DNA of 54,656 nucleotides, counting the filler, from Sphacelaria rigidula (taxonomy: Eukaryota): assembly GCA_964200075.2 (NCBI GenBank). It is 5 parts of 5 records of this genome, joined end to end, with 100 filler letters (N's around TTAATTAATTAA, not from the genome) between each part and the next. Parts side by side here need not be neighbours in the genome. Positions count along the whole stretch, not along the records: positions 1 to 10,853 come from CAXNAA020005795.1; 4 more parts are not named here. One strand, written 5' to 3'. Of the stretch, positions 1 through 10,953 are shown one piece after another. The first letter of the stretch is position 1. The number at the start of each line of letters is the position of its first letter. Both the position numbers and the translations under genes were made by a program. Under the pieces are notes generated by a model. That model was not told where the DNA came from. It worked only from the letters and a program-made list of their open reading frames with translations, and searched no databases.

Positions 1-844
1 GGGGTGGCGTTTCTTGTTCGTCGGTTGTATCCCGACAGCCTCCCGCCACAGGGGCCCGGGGGGGGCGCGGGGGCGGGGGGGGGGGGGGGGGGGGATGAGT
101 GATTCCATCACTGAGCGAGAACAAACGGGAGCCGGAGAAAATTATTTCGTTGTCAAAACGGTCTATCGATGCGTTCGTGTGTTCAGATGCATCGCCATTC
201 GAGTGGAACACGCCAAGACGGTAGAACCATCCGTGTGATCATGTTTTGTGGTTGCGTGTGCGTGCTTTAGTCCCTCGGGTACGGAACTTTGTTCTCTATT
301 CCGTCATTTTTCACTGTTTTAATATCTTGTCAAATCTACCATACCATCCAAACGTCTTGCCATTAGCACCCTAGAGGCCGAAACGGTGGATACCACCTCC
401 AGACTCATGGTAGAACCACGCCCGCGGGGCGGCTATTTTCTCGCTCCTTGTGCCACCATGAACCCTCCGCCGAAATACAAATTGATGAACTTTGTTCATG
501 TACTCGTATGCGACATCTTTCAGATTTTGGGCTCTCAGGGAGTTTTTTGACGCGCTGAAGTCGGAAACCTCAAAAACGTGGCCTTCACCATCGCAGATGT
601 GTTGTAAGGGATGCTCGAGAAAGGTATGAGATGGAAATCGAGGGATTGAACGAACAGAGTGAACCGGTAGTGGGCGACAGAACAAAAACATAATGAAGAG
701 GACAAAGGGAAGCAAGAGGAGGGAAAAGGAAATAACGCCAATATACGTCTGGTACTGGTCCTGACAAAAAAAGAATGGACGACCCCTGCCACATGGTTTC
801 AGAAAAGGAGTCCGCACTAAGGTGGTTTAGAATCTCTGTAAACC

Positions 845-1606
845 TTACTTGCAGATTATGTGGCAACCACGTCTCTGTAACTTCAGGCGGTAGCTGAATG
901 ATGCTGTTTCTTGTTCTTGAACCCCGTAATATTGTGATTTGCTGAACGAAATACGTTGTTGAACCACTCGCCTATCTGTCGAGTCGTAACACTTCTTGTG
1001 GTCTTTGTCGTAGTCGATGGTGCAAAGATCGTGGTCGTCACACTTGCTGTCGTAGCCGGTACAACCCTGGCGGCGGGCGTGACGGCGGGCGTGGCGGCGA
1101 GCGTGACGGCGGCCCTTGCGGCGGGCGGTAATCTTGGCGTGGCGGCTGCGGTTGGAGTGGTCGTCGGACCGATTGTCTGGGTGGTCGGCGGAGTAATCGC
1201 CAGACTGATTGTCGGGGTGGTCGCCGGAGTAGTAGTCGGAGTAGTAGTAGGAGTAGTAGTCGACCTGGCTGTCGGGGTGGTCTTCGGACCACTCGTCGGA
1301 GTGGCCGTGGTTGTGGGCATGGGGGCGGCCGTGGTGGTGACCGTGGGGGTGGCCGTGCGGGCGGCCGTGGTGGTGACCGTGGGGATGGCCGTGGGGGTGG
1401 CCGTGGTGGTGGTCGTAGTGGTGGCCGTGGTGGTGACCGAGAGGGTGGCCGTCGGGATGGCCGTGGGAGTGGCCGTGGGGGTGACCTCGATCCGTGGGTT
1501 GGATGTAGCCGTGCTGGATTTGGTCGGCTTGACCCCTGACTGTCGCTGTAGTAAGCGGCAGCAGAACCAGCAGACCGACGGTAGCTTCGCCAGAAACACG
1601 AACCAT
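845..1606 (-). CDS. Putative secreted His-rich protein (signal peptide, HxHG repeats, Asp/Tyr block, Arg block, CDDxxxCTID Cys motif); probably a first exon ending near 972
   Basis: ATG at 1606 in an aaacATGg context opens MVRVSGEATVGLLVLLPLTTATVRG/Q, which is signal-peptide-like. In this frame almost all codons end in C, and repeat variants (GGC/GGT, CAC/CAT) are synonymous. The bias collapses after AG|GCGAGT at 972/971; the unspliced frame runs to a stop at 845. Confidence 0.65.
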   Translation of the reverse strand: MVRVSGEATVGLLVLLPLTTATVRGQADQIQHGYIQPTDRGHPHGHSHGHPDGHPLGHHHGHHYDHHHGHPHGHPHGHHHGRPHGHPHGHHHGRPHAHNHGHSDEWSEDHPDSQVDYYSYYYSDYYSGDHPDNQSGDYSADHPDNRSDDHSNRSRHAKITARRKGRRHARRHARRHARRQGCTGYDSKCDDHDLCTIDYDKDHKKCYDSTDRRVVQQRISFSKSQYYGVQEQETASFSYRLKLQRRGCHIICK

Positions 1607-4600
1607 GTTTGTTGCTGTTAGTGTTTGCGACCTGTCGTGGTGATGTAGCAGTGGGGGGAGTGGTCGTGCGGCAGGCGGTAGGCAGAGGGGTGATAGTAGG
1701 CTCCATTCATTGTTGATGACGACACGTCGGTCGTAGTGTGCAACGGCCAAGTTTGGTTATCAGCGTTCCGTTTCAACTTCAAGGGAGATCGAGGGCGCGA
1801 AGCGATGGTATACCAGAGTGCGATATTTCTTGTCTAGGTGTAAATTGCCTTGATATGTTGTACACTTGAACGACCCAATACTTCGCCTGAGATACTTGAC
1901 CCTTCATCCGCCATGGTAGGTCATGTGTTAAGTGATCGGCATTACTTTCACATAAAAAATGGCAACAAGACCCAGGGGAACCACCCTAGCAGTCGAGGGA
2001 TAACTAAGCTGTGTATTGACGGGAACGAATTTAGATGTTTCCCCGACATACTGTAGTATTATGGTGGTCTAGATCTGCTTGTTCTCTCTACATCGTGTTT
2101 TGTCTGCCAAATACGCTTGCTTTGACAGCTGGGGAATGAAGTGTGCCATGTTGATCTTTCGGTCAGCTACAAAGATATCTTCACGGGTATTTGTAGAATA
2201 TCGTTGTCGGATGTTTTTCATAGCGCGTTTCCACGAAATATTCCGTGGTACACTGGGTACATATTCGATTCCTCATATTTGAGAGGTGGAACATACCGCT
2301 GGACTATTTTTGTGGGCGTGTATGTTCTCTCATGAACTGACATCGGACGGGACCTGAGGTGATCAACACCAACTACTCGTACAATCACTTATTTTGCTCT
2401 TCATCCTCATGCCACCATTCGTGGGCCATGAGCCCTAGGCAATGAGAGATGAGTTGCCAAGATCAAAATCGATTACCCAACATGCCAGAGTCCCTGATGT
2501 GTGTTTTCCTTTTCCTATTCAGCTCAATTATTTGTAAGAGTTGCAGTGATTTACGAGTCCACGAAAGACTTGCACACGAGCTGGGTCAGCCCAATAACGG
2601 ATTTAAGCTATCGCAATCATATCTCATGGACGCAAATGAATAGGGGCGTGATCCGCATATCTGGTACATTGTTTATTCAAGGGGAAGATACTCAATTAAT
2701 CAACAGCCAGGTCAAATATTTCTCGTTGATGAAACGCCAGGTGGAGTAAATCCCGCGAGGTATGGAAATATGCTGATTCTACCATCTACACGAAACCAAA
2801 AGATATATTCCACGGATGATGCCGATTTGTGGTGTGAGCATTCCTTGGGGCACGTCAAACGATCGATACCCTCACACCTAGTTTATCATCTATCGAGAGA
2901 TATGGCGTTTTTAGTGTTCTATAGTAATCATGAAATATCACAAAGAGAGGCACTAAGTACCCTGAGTGTGGATATCGGGTTCTCAGTATTGAGAGTCGTG
3001 CTTTGAAATGTATTCTGGAGTATGGCAAGGGGAAAATCACAATCGGCACATCCGCTTTTTTCATGAGTCAAGGCGTTTCTGTAAAAAAACGACCTGTCTT
3101 TGCCAGTGCCTAATAGCACACTACATTGTATTATCGCAGCTTAGTGTTGGAAATTGTGCTCCGAAATTCGGTGTGGAGAATAGCGAGGGTGCGACACGAA
3201 TAACAACAAGAACGCCGAGACGCTAACATTTTTTCTTCGAAACATATTTGCGAAAAATGGGCCATCTTGCCCATAAACGTCTCTAATTCATGTAAAAATG
3301 AAAAAATAATATTTTGGCGTATATTTTACATATCTTGCTCTTCCGATTCTGCATACATGGAAAGTTTCAGGGTACATATCTCAAAACTGAGCGGCTAAAC
3401 TGCCTACAATATACAGCTCCGTTTTTAGGCTGGTCCGGGCTATAAATCTGGATTGTGCAGCTCGCCTTTTGAGCGCCACGCTTTGAAATTCGGTTCGCAG
3501 AATTGCAAGAGCACAGTGAATACAGTTACGGTGAGACGGTGAGGTAATTTTCATGAGTTTAGGATGGTTTTTTGAAACATGGGTATCGTGTTTCTGTCCT
3601 TTACACATGGGGAAAACTAACGTCGTCTCACCAAAATATTTGTTACCATGCCCTTGCAATTCCCCATACCAAATGTCAAAGGACAGTGTCCAAAACTGAG
3701 CTCCTCGATCGCCTGCAACGCTCGAATTCGATTGACGGCTGCCCCACCTGGTAGTGTCGTTTCGTCCGAAAAAACCTGTTCACGCTTTCATGTATTTTTG
3801 AAAAACAAAGTTGCACGTCGGAAAATCCTACGTATCTCTTCGGTGAAGAGCATATCAAATTGGTTGCGGCAACTGTTTGGAGGAACTGAAACAGGTATAC
3901 AGCCAATAAACAATGGTTTGCAATAGCTGGTGGTGATACGTCTTCTCATGCTCACCGAGAATGGGGTGTGCAGTGTGTCTTCGGAGAGGCGATCGAGGAA
4001 GAAGGTAATCAATCTCGTCAGCACACTACATGGGCACAAACTGGCGAACGAGAGCCTGCTCAACGGACAAAGCTATTCACAGCGGATTCCATGTTGTTCA
4101 GCTATGGGAAGCTTGGCACACAGTATAAACATACAAACAGCACCCTCATGTGTTGCAGACAGCATACAACCTGCTGCTGTGTGTCGCTCAGGGTAGGGGT
4201 AGCAACAGTTTAGGGGCTGATTATTGTTACAGTTGCTGCGTACTCGGCTTTTCAGCTAATCAAGGAAAACAAGACCGAGCGACCTGCCTGATTCGAGAAG
4301 CTCGTTGTTGAGGTGCTTGGTAGCGGCTAGAATGCGCGAGACGGAACCAATCAATATGGACTGTTGAGCTAAATATATACAGTTTATTAATCCATATAAC
4401 AGCACCGGTGGTGAACAGCTGGCGATCGTGTCTTGCCCGCAAGGTAGGCGGGTTCATGTGTGGGGAGAACAACGAAGAGCAGCATGTACAGGCGCGTCTA
4501 GCAGCGACAACTCTATGCCGTGTGTCGTGTGGCCCAACCATGTCGAGGTGAAGCTCATGGCTAGACTTATCGTCCCACCAGCAAAATGATGAGCTGTACG

Positions 4601-5410
4601 GGTGGTCCAAACAAGAACATGAGTCGGTGATGAGTAAGAGGGCGCATGCACCCCACACCCAAGATCGAACATGCATACAGGAACCCGGCCGGGATCGAAG
4701 TTGCTACGCCACGACGGGGAACAACGGGAGTGTACTTTCTCTGCTAGAGGCTCCCAAGTCACAACACACCAGACATGACTATACGTAACTTTACAGCATG
4801 ACTGCCCTCCAAAAATTTCTCCATCACACGGCCGCTGATGCTTGCCTGCGGCCGAATAAATGTACCAACGGTAACTCTTTGTGCTGCCGGGATGGCTAGT
4901 GGAACACGAGCGGCACGGCCCGTGGACCTCCCCACACAACTGCAACTTTGCAAAGCTACAGCAGTTGACACTAGGCAACGGTACCGTGTCGAACGTTCCA
5001 TCACCTCACAAAAAAATATTGGGACTCACCTCTGGCAAGGCAGGCTCAGACGAGGAGCGGGAGCAGGAGTGACCACGTGTGGTGGCGAAGTGTGACGTCT
5101 GGCGGAGGGTTGCAAAGATCTCGGTTCCGCCGACCGCTACGAGTATGGCAATTCCACCGCATCTTTCTCCGAACCACGAAAAAGGTGTGCCCGTCACACT
5201 ATTGATGCTCAAAAAGGTACAGAGCAGGGCAACCCAACTGCGGGCGGGCACGGTTGCGATTGTGCCTTCTGGGTGTTGAACGCTGTCAGCGGTGGCTGGA
5301 GCGGCCGGTGGTACCACCACTATGACTTTGGCCTTGGTATATGCACGTGATACTTTACGTGCATACGGAACGGCAAGGGTTGTAAGAGATAGTCGAAGCA
5401 TTACCCGGTT

Positions 5411-5832
5411 GATGAATATTGGTGATGAGTAGATCTACGGAGATGAAACAGGCTGGTGCGGAGAATATGAGTCATGTTTCCATTACAACAGTACTTTGAT
5501 TGGCCCATTTCCCCCCGCTGTATTTGATGATACCGACGTATCACAGCGAGGAGTCTATCGCTTGTGCACCGAGGAGTTCTTGTGTTCACGTCCCGGGGAG
5601 CTCTTGTTTTTACATGGTGGAAAGTTCTTATGGTTGTATGGTGAGGAATTCGTTTGGTTTGTGATGTTGGAACGAGGCGCGCCCCCCTTCTTACTTTTAC
5701 GTTTTCTCAACTTCATCACTTCGATAATAAAGTAGACTTTTCAGCCCATTCTCTTTACCAAGTTGCCCGTCTCGTACACCAGCTTCGGTATGCGACTACC
5801 CCATGAGCACACCCCTCACAGGGTTATCATAC
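5411..5832 (+). repeat. Dispersed repeat family B, copy 1
   Basis: Colinear, diverged direct match to 7491-7930; shared strings include ggagatgaaacag, cacagcgaggagtc, cacttcgataataaa and cacaccagcttcggt. Confidence 0.8.
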
Positions 5833-5839
5833 ACGCATC

Positions 5840-6225
5840 GTGTGTGGGGGTTGATGCCTTTCGTCGTTTTCTCGAGCGCAGAAATGTGTCACGGAAGCAG
5901 AGTATTTGGCAGTTGCAGACATTGTCAGCGAGGTTTTATTCTCAAGACAGCTTTGGGGCTTTGTATTACCAGAGGTTGTTACGCTGTGAAACCCCCGTAT
6001 TTGAGGGCAACCAAGGTGCTGTGCAGCTCGCGCAAAACCCTGCCATGAACTCCAATTCCCAGCAAACAGATGCCAGCATCATTTTATCAGAGAACTGGTA
6101 TATAGAAGGTAGATCTCAGTCATTTCCATAACATGGAAATACCAGCATGTGGGTTTCTTGACGAAGACATTGGCCGAATCGTTTGAGTGCCACCGAAATT
6201 TGATTTTTTTCGATGAATAATTAGT
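5840..6225 (+). pseudogene. Ty1/copia pol RNase H C-terminal remnant
   Basis: Across frameshifts it reads ..QKCV-TEAEYLAVADIVSEVLFSRQLWGFVLPEV..PVFEGNQGAVQLAQNP..HHFIRELV..YQHVGFLTKTL. This matches the copia RNase H motifs EAEY, DNQGA, KHIDVRHHF and QxADxLTK. Confidence 0.85.
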
Positions 6226-6248
6226 GTTGAATATTGAGTAGTGTTCAA

Positions 6249-7279
6249 CCCTTTTGAGACCGACCCCCCACTAACACAGGGTCAACCCTGTGTTAGAGAA
6301 ATAATGAAAAATAAGTCTTCGAGCGACCTGCCCAATCATGGCGAGGCGAAATTTATCGATCAGACCCGAACGACCAGCACCGGGATTGTTGGCGAGTGTG
6401 ATGGCACTGCAAATGTCGTGTGGGGGCCCATCCCTGGCCCAGGCAAGCCTTCTCAGGTTTCCAAGGGCAGGGCTGTAGGGGCTTGGTTATATGGTATCAC
6501 TTGCACTCAGCATAGCATTCCCGAGTTTTCCGGAGTTTTGGGGGGTCACAGTTCTATACTAAAACGTAGCAATTACACTAACTTAAAGTGGAGCGGAAAA
6601 ACCGGGGAGGAGTGTACATGCTACAATGTGGTCATTTCCACGAGGCACTAAACCCAGGTGGACCGTGGAAAGACAAAAGGAGCTGTCATGAATTCTACTT
6701 ATCCCTCTGGCGATGACTTGCAGTGTGCAGTACACATGTTTGTAGTGGGCGGGGATGAAGAAGCGGTATATAGGCAGTTGATTTCGGCAGCTGAGAATCG
6801 CCCAGAATGTGCAAGGGAATATGTAGCGACAGCTGCTGCTGCAGTTGGAGAGGCGTACTGCACTGTACTGTACTACGTATACTGTATGCATGCGCGCCGC
6901 AACGCTGATCCCCTTCGAAGAGAATTCGCCGCATGCAACAAAGAGGGGAATGGCGGCCCACCCCGACCACAAACGGTTGTGTGGCAAGGTGATGGGGACA
7001 ATTATATCATCCAAAGCCACAAGTGGCGGGCGGCTCGCCGGTCGCCGCATCCTGTTACAAGCTCTCTGCCGCGACCCATACTGCTTGCTACATCAGATGT
7101 ACACTACCTCATGCGTACCCTGCACCTGAAAATAGATTGGATGAAACTTCCGGTCCTCATCATAGCCCTACCGTTACATACGCGGGTTTTCAGCAACTCG
7201 CCACTATTTCGTGCAGACGCCAGACACGTCATTCCTAACCAGCTTCATCGGTCGTTCTGGAGGTCCTGTCCCAAAAGGG
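6249..7279. mobile_element. Non-autonomous piggyBac-like TIR element (family A), full copy
   Basis: TCAA|CCCTTTTGAGAC ... GTCCCAAAAGGG|TCAA: TIRs start with CCCT and the 4-bp flanks are identical. Homologous to 29330-30456 and 32537-32756. Confidence 0.8.
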
Positions 7280-7490
7280 TCAATATTAAGAAATTCTGAT
7301 TGTTGATTTCATTTCGCGTTATCACGATTGTCGGTACTGGGTGCATTCTTTTTCAGTTGCACATTTCGTCATAACAAAACGACATGGATGAGCGATCATG
7401 GTGCATTCTGATATGTTCGTTGATGAGGTGTGTACACTATCAGGCAATTTCACGAGCAGGGGGGATGCAAGAGATACTCGAAGCAGTACG

Positions 7491-7930
7491 CGATAGATGT
7501 AGTGATGGACAGATATGTGGAGATGAAACAGACTGATGGGGATAATATGCTGCACGTTTGCATGATTTTGATTGGCCGGTTCCCCCCTGGGGTATTTGAT
7601 GGTACCTACACAACACAGCGAGGAGTCCATCGTCTGTGTACTAAGGAGTTCTTGTGTTTACGTCCTACTCTTGTGTTCATGTGCTGGGGAGTCCTTATGG
7701 TTGTATGTTGAGGAGTTCGTGTATTTTTGTGATGTTGGAAGGAGGCGCGCCACCCTTTTCACTTTTACTTATTTTCAACGCCGTCACTTCGATAATAAAA
7801 TGGACTTCAGGCCCTTCACTCGATCAAGTTGCCACCGTCTCCCCGTAGACGGGAAGTAACGTACGCCTTGCACACCAGCTTCGGTTTGCGACTACTCCAC
7901 GAGCACATCTCTCACGGGGGTATCCTACAA
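7491..7930 (+). repeat. Dispersed repeat family B, copy 2
   Basis: Direct diverged match to 5411-5832. Confidence 0.8.
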
Positions 7931-7952
7931 GAGTTGGGGAAGGAAATGGAAA

Positions 7953-8213
7953 GACACTTTCTACGATAGCCCCCCTCTTCCCATGAAAAAATGGCTGGAT
8001 TGAGGAGGCAAAATCTCCACATAAATCGAAATGAAGAAAGCCAAGCGCAACGAGCAGTGGGGAATTCCCACGCTAGGGTTCGTTTTCGCCAATGTGGCCC
8101 ATATGAGGCGCTGCATGCAGCCTGAAATCAAACGTCAGGCGCTGTTTGATAGTTTTCTTCGTGGCAGTTTTGGGCTGGGATTGAGGGAGGGCTATCGAAA
8201 GAAGTGTCGTGTC
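7953..8213. mobile_element. MITE with GACACTTTCTACGATAGCCCCCC-type TIRs (diverged)
   Basis: Left end gacactttctacgatagcccccc; right end gggagggctatcgaaagaagtgtc(gtgtc). Same TIR as 10265-10493. The TSD is imperfect. Confidence 0.6.
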
Positions 8214-8889
8214 TGAAATAAACTCGGTGTGTAGATCGATTATCATGCGCTCGTATCTTGTGTTTCGCCCGTCAAGGAAGGCTCATTTCCAGTGTTTTGC
8301 CTGATTTAGTGTCGCGTTCATCTTGGATAAAAGCGCCTGTATGTGGCACGGACTCGAGTAATTTCTCAGAGGTGCACAGCGTGCTGTTAAGCAAACCCAA
8401 AGCAAAGACAGGTTGTTTTCGAAATTGGCTCTTATCGGCCAACACGCACAGCACACACAGATGAATGGCAGAAGATATAGGAGAATGACGAAGGTGAGCG
8501 TGCCCAAAAGCTGTGCGAAGCAAAAATCCTCGCTTCTCTCGGCTCATTACTCGGTAAATTACACACTTGGGAAACTCTCAGCTTGTTCTCGGTACAAATA
8601 TCCGGCCAGAAACTTTTTCCATTCACTTCCTACATTCGCAACTACCGGCATTAGTTACTGTCCTGCCTTGGATGGAGAATCCGATGATCCTATCCAATCA
8701 CAGCTGATCACTTTCCATAAAAACCAGAATTTCCCATCACTTTTTCCGGATATTCCTACTCGCATATGGTTGGACTTCCCTTTTATGTATTTTCCCTATT
8801 TCGCTAAATGGATGTTTCGCCATTCTGCTGTTCCTGAAACCTGAACTTTGCAGAATCGATACCAGACTACATCAGACCGTACATCCAGG

Positions 8890-9170
8890 GAGCAGCAATG
8901 CTTCGGTAGCGGTTGCACTTTTTTAGCGAAAACGTTGCTCGGGATTTCTCGGGGTGTTCGACGGATCATTTTGACAATCGGCATTATTTTTGTTTGAAAC
9001 AAATTAAAATGACGCTGATTCACGAAAAGGTCCCTGCGTGCAAACACCATACATGTTTCTGGGAGTCCGGTCCCCGGAGATTTGTGTTGCACAGTAAGCC
9101 CCATATATTTGGGATCCTACAAAAAAGAGACCCAGAAAGAAAAAGTGCAACCCCTACCGTAGCATTGCCC
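8890..9170. mobile_element. Sola-like MITE (family E TIR), TSD CAGG
   Basis: cagg|gagcagcaatgcttcggtagcggttgcac ... gtgcaacccctaccgtagcattgccc|cagg. Confidence 0.7.
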
Positions 9171-10264
9171 CAGGTGGTACTGTGCGCTACTCTTCAATTG
9201 ATATTTAGCTTTTGCCTGCGTACTACTCATTTACTGGACGTGACTCTTTTCATTGTTTTCAGTCGTGACGAGCACAACTCTTGATTCACTGCAACACTGC
9301 CTTGTACCATGTATTCTTAACGAGACTATATTTGCAATGAATGAGTGAACGATTTAACACTTCATCACCCATCAAACGCGTTAGATCCAAGAAAGTAGAT
9401 GGAGGGCAAAATGACAATAATAATAACACACAGATGTTGAGAATCTCTGGAGCTGTATCCTCGACATATCCGGCTCGATCCCAGGAGGCTGAATGTACAG
9501 ACGATTGAGCTTTTCCGAAGCGGCCGCAGTAGCTATAAATATTGGTACAAACCAGAATGTCATATTTCATCATTTCCGCCCGACGCGCATTCGACAGTAT
9601 TACGCCCGATTCAGTGTCACGTTCTTGACCACCAACCCAAGAACAAGATGCGACGGAGACAAAGCATTCGACATAACAAACGATAACAACAATGGCGATA
9701 CAAAGCTGTACTGTGTCTCTGAAGCTCTGTCCTCGATGGCTTTGGCTCAATTCCATCCTGGACAGCGTACAGTCCGGCGCAGGATACCTCTCCCAAAGCA
9801 TCTCAGGCAGATTCAGAATTTTGTACAAGACAAGGAGTCATGTTCCAAAATGCCCGTCTTGCACGCTGTCGAAGATTACTGAAACTGAACATATATCAGC
9901 AGGCTGTAACTCTACAGACGAGTACAACCTGTTCTATCCATACTTCAAGAGCAAGGTTGCCCCAATCGACTCTCGGGATAGCGCATTATCTGCAATAGAT
10001 CGCCTTCACTTCGCCTCGATATTTTCATCTTCGACCAGAGCCTGCGCGGCCAGAACCTGGAGGAAAGGTGGCCATGAGTCTTAGCGGCACGGAAGAACTT
10101 GAGTTATCTCTGCAGCAGATGTGTTTATCGATATGTTGCCATCCGGGTGGGGGGTGCTAGAACACGTCAGATTGCGGCGTAAGATCATGGGTGATATCCC
10201 AAATGAGCAGGCGGTAATTATGCTGCGTTCAGGTGTATTTATTCGAGGGGATACCTTTTTTCGT

Positions 10265-10493
10265 GACACTTTCTACGATAGCCCCCCCCCAAAACCAGCT
10301 AAAAGTGTCACGAAAAAGATGGCCATACAGCGCCTGGTGTTCNNNNNNNNNNATTGGCGACATTGGCTAGAACGAACCCCAGCGTGAGAATTTCCAGCTT
10401 CTCGTTGTGCTCGGTTTTTCCCATTTCGATTTACGTGAAGCTTTTCTTCCCAAAACCATGCACTTTTTGGGGGGGTCTATCGCAGAAAGTGTC
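10265..10493. mobile_element. MITE with GAC termini and 4-bp TSD TCGT (contains a 10-N gap)
   Basis: tcgt|gacactttctacgatagcccccccc ... gggggggtctatcgcagaaagtgtc|tcgt. Confidence 0.8.
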
Positions 10494-10639
10494 TCGTAGT
10501 CATACCTGCAAGCATCAACGTTGTTTGCTGGTAGGGAAGACATTACAAACGTGCGCACGCCGTTGTCGCTGAGGTGGCACGTGAAACGCGCTCAGGGGAT
10601 CGGCGCACAAGGTAACGCCCTCCCCCCGGGCGCGCGCCC

Positions 10640-10853
10640 CTTTTGCGGTAGCAATGATGGTGGTCGAGCTAGATCATATTGTGCGGCGTGGAAGAACCTC
10701 ACCTTCGCGCAAAGGAGATGATCGTACTACGTAGTGTTTATATGGTGAGACATCCATGAGGTAGTGTATAAGCCGTGGCTGTCTCTGGAAGTGGTGATAC
10801 CAGAAAATGAAGCAACTCATTGGAGGCTGTCATCCAAATGCAAGATAATCAGT
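10640..10853 (+). repeat. Dispersed repeat family D, copy truncated by contig end
   Basis: Matches 13830-14045 (gatggtggtcgag, gaagaacctca, gatgatcgtacta, gataccaga). Confidence 0.8.
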
Positions 10854-10953
10854 NNNNNNNNNNNNNNNNNNNNNNNNNNNNNNNNNNNNNNNNNNNNTTA
10901 ATTAATTAANNNNNNNNNNNNNNNNNNNNNNNNNNNNNNNNNNNNNNNNNNNN
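10854..10953. other. Artificial contig spacer
   Basis: 44 N + TTAATTAATTAA + 44 N. Confidence 0.97.

Noticed and set aside
883-1706. Thr/Pro mucin-like (883-1599), Pro/Arg-rich (1038-1706) and Val-rich antisense (956-1621) ORFs
   Set aside because: These are likely shadow frames of the 12-nt repeat. The mucin frame has no ATG at its start, and repeat variation is synonymous in the His frame. The mucin frame is not fully excluded.
6241-7299. 136-aa and 213-aa ORFs inside family A
   Set aside because: The frames are not kept intact in the second copy and carry no transposase motif.
5411-7930. Family B direct repeats as the LTR pair around the copia fragment
   Set aside because: No TG..CA ends, PBS, PPT or TSD were seen, the copies are strongly diverged, and the spacing is mostly due to the family A insertion.
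9286-10070. Protein-like minus-strand frame after a cctttcctccAG acceptor-like site
   Set aside because: It has several in-frame stops and no recognisable domain, so no call can be supported.
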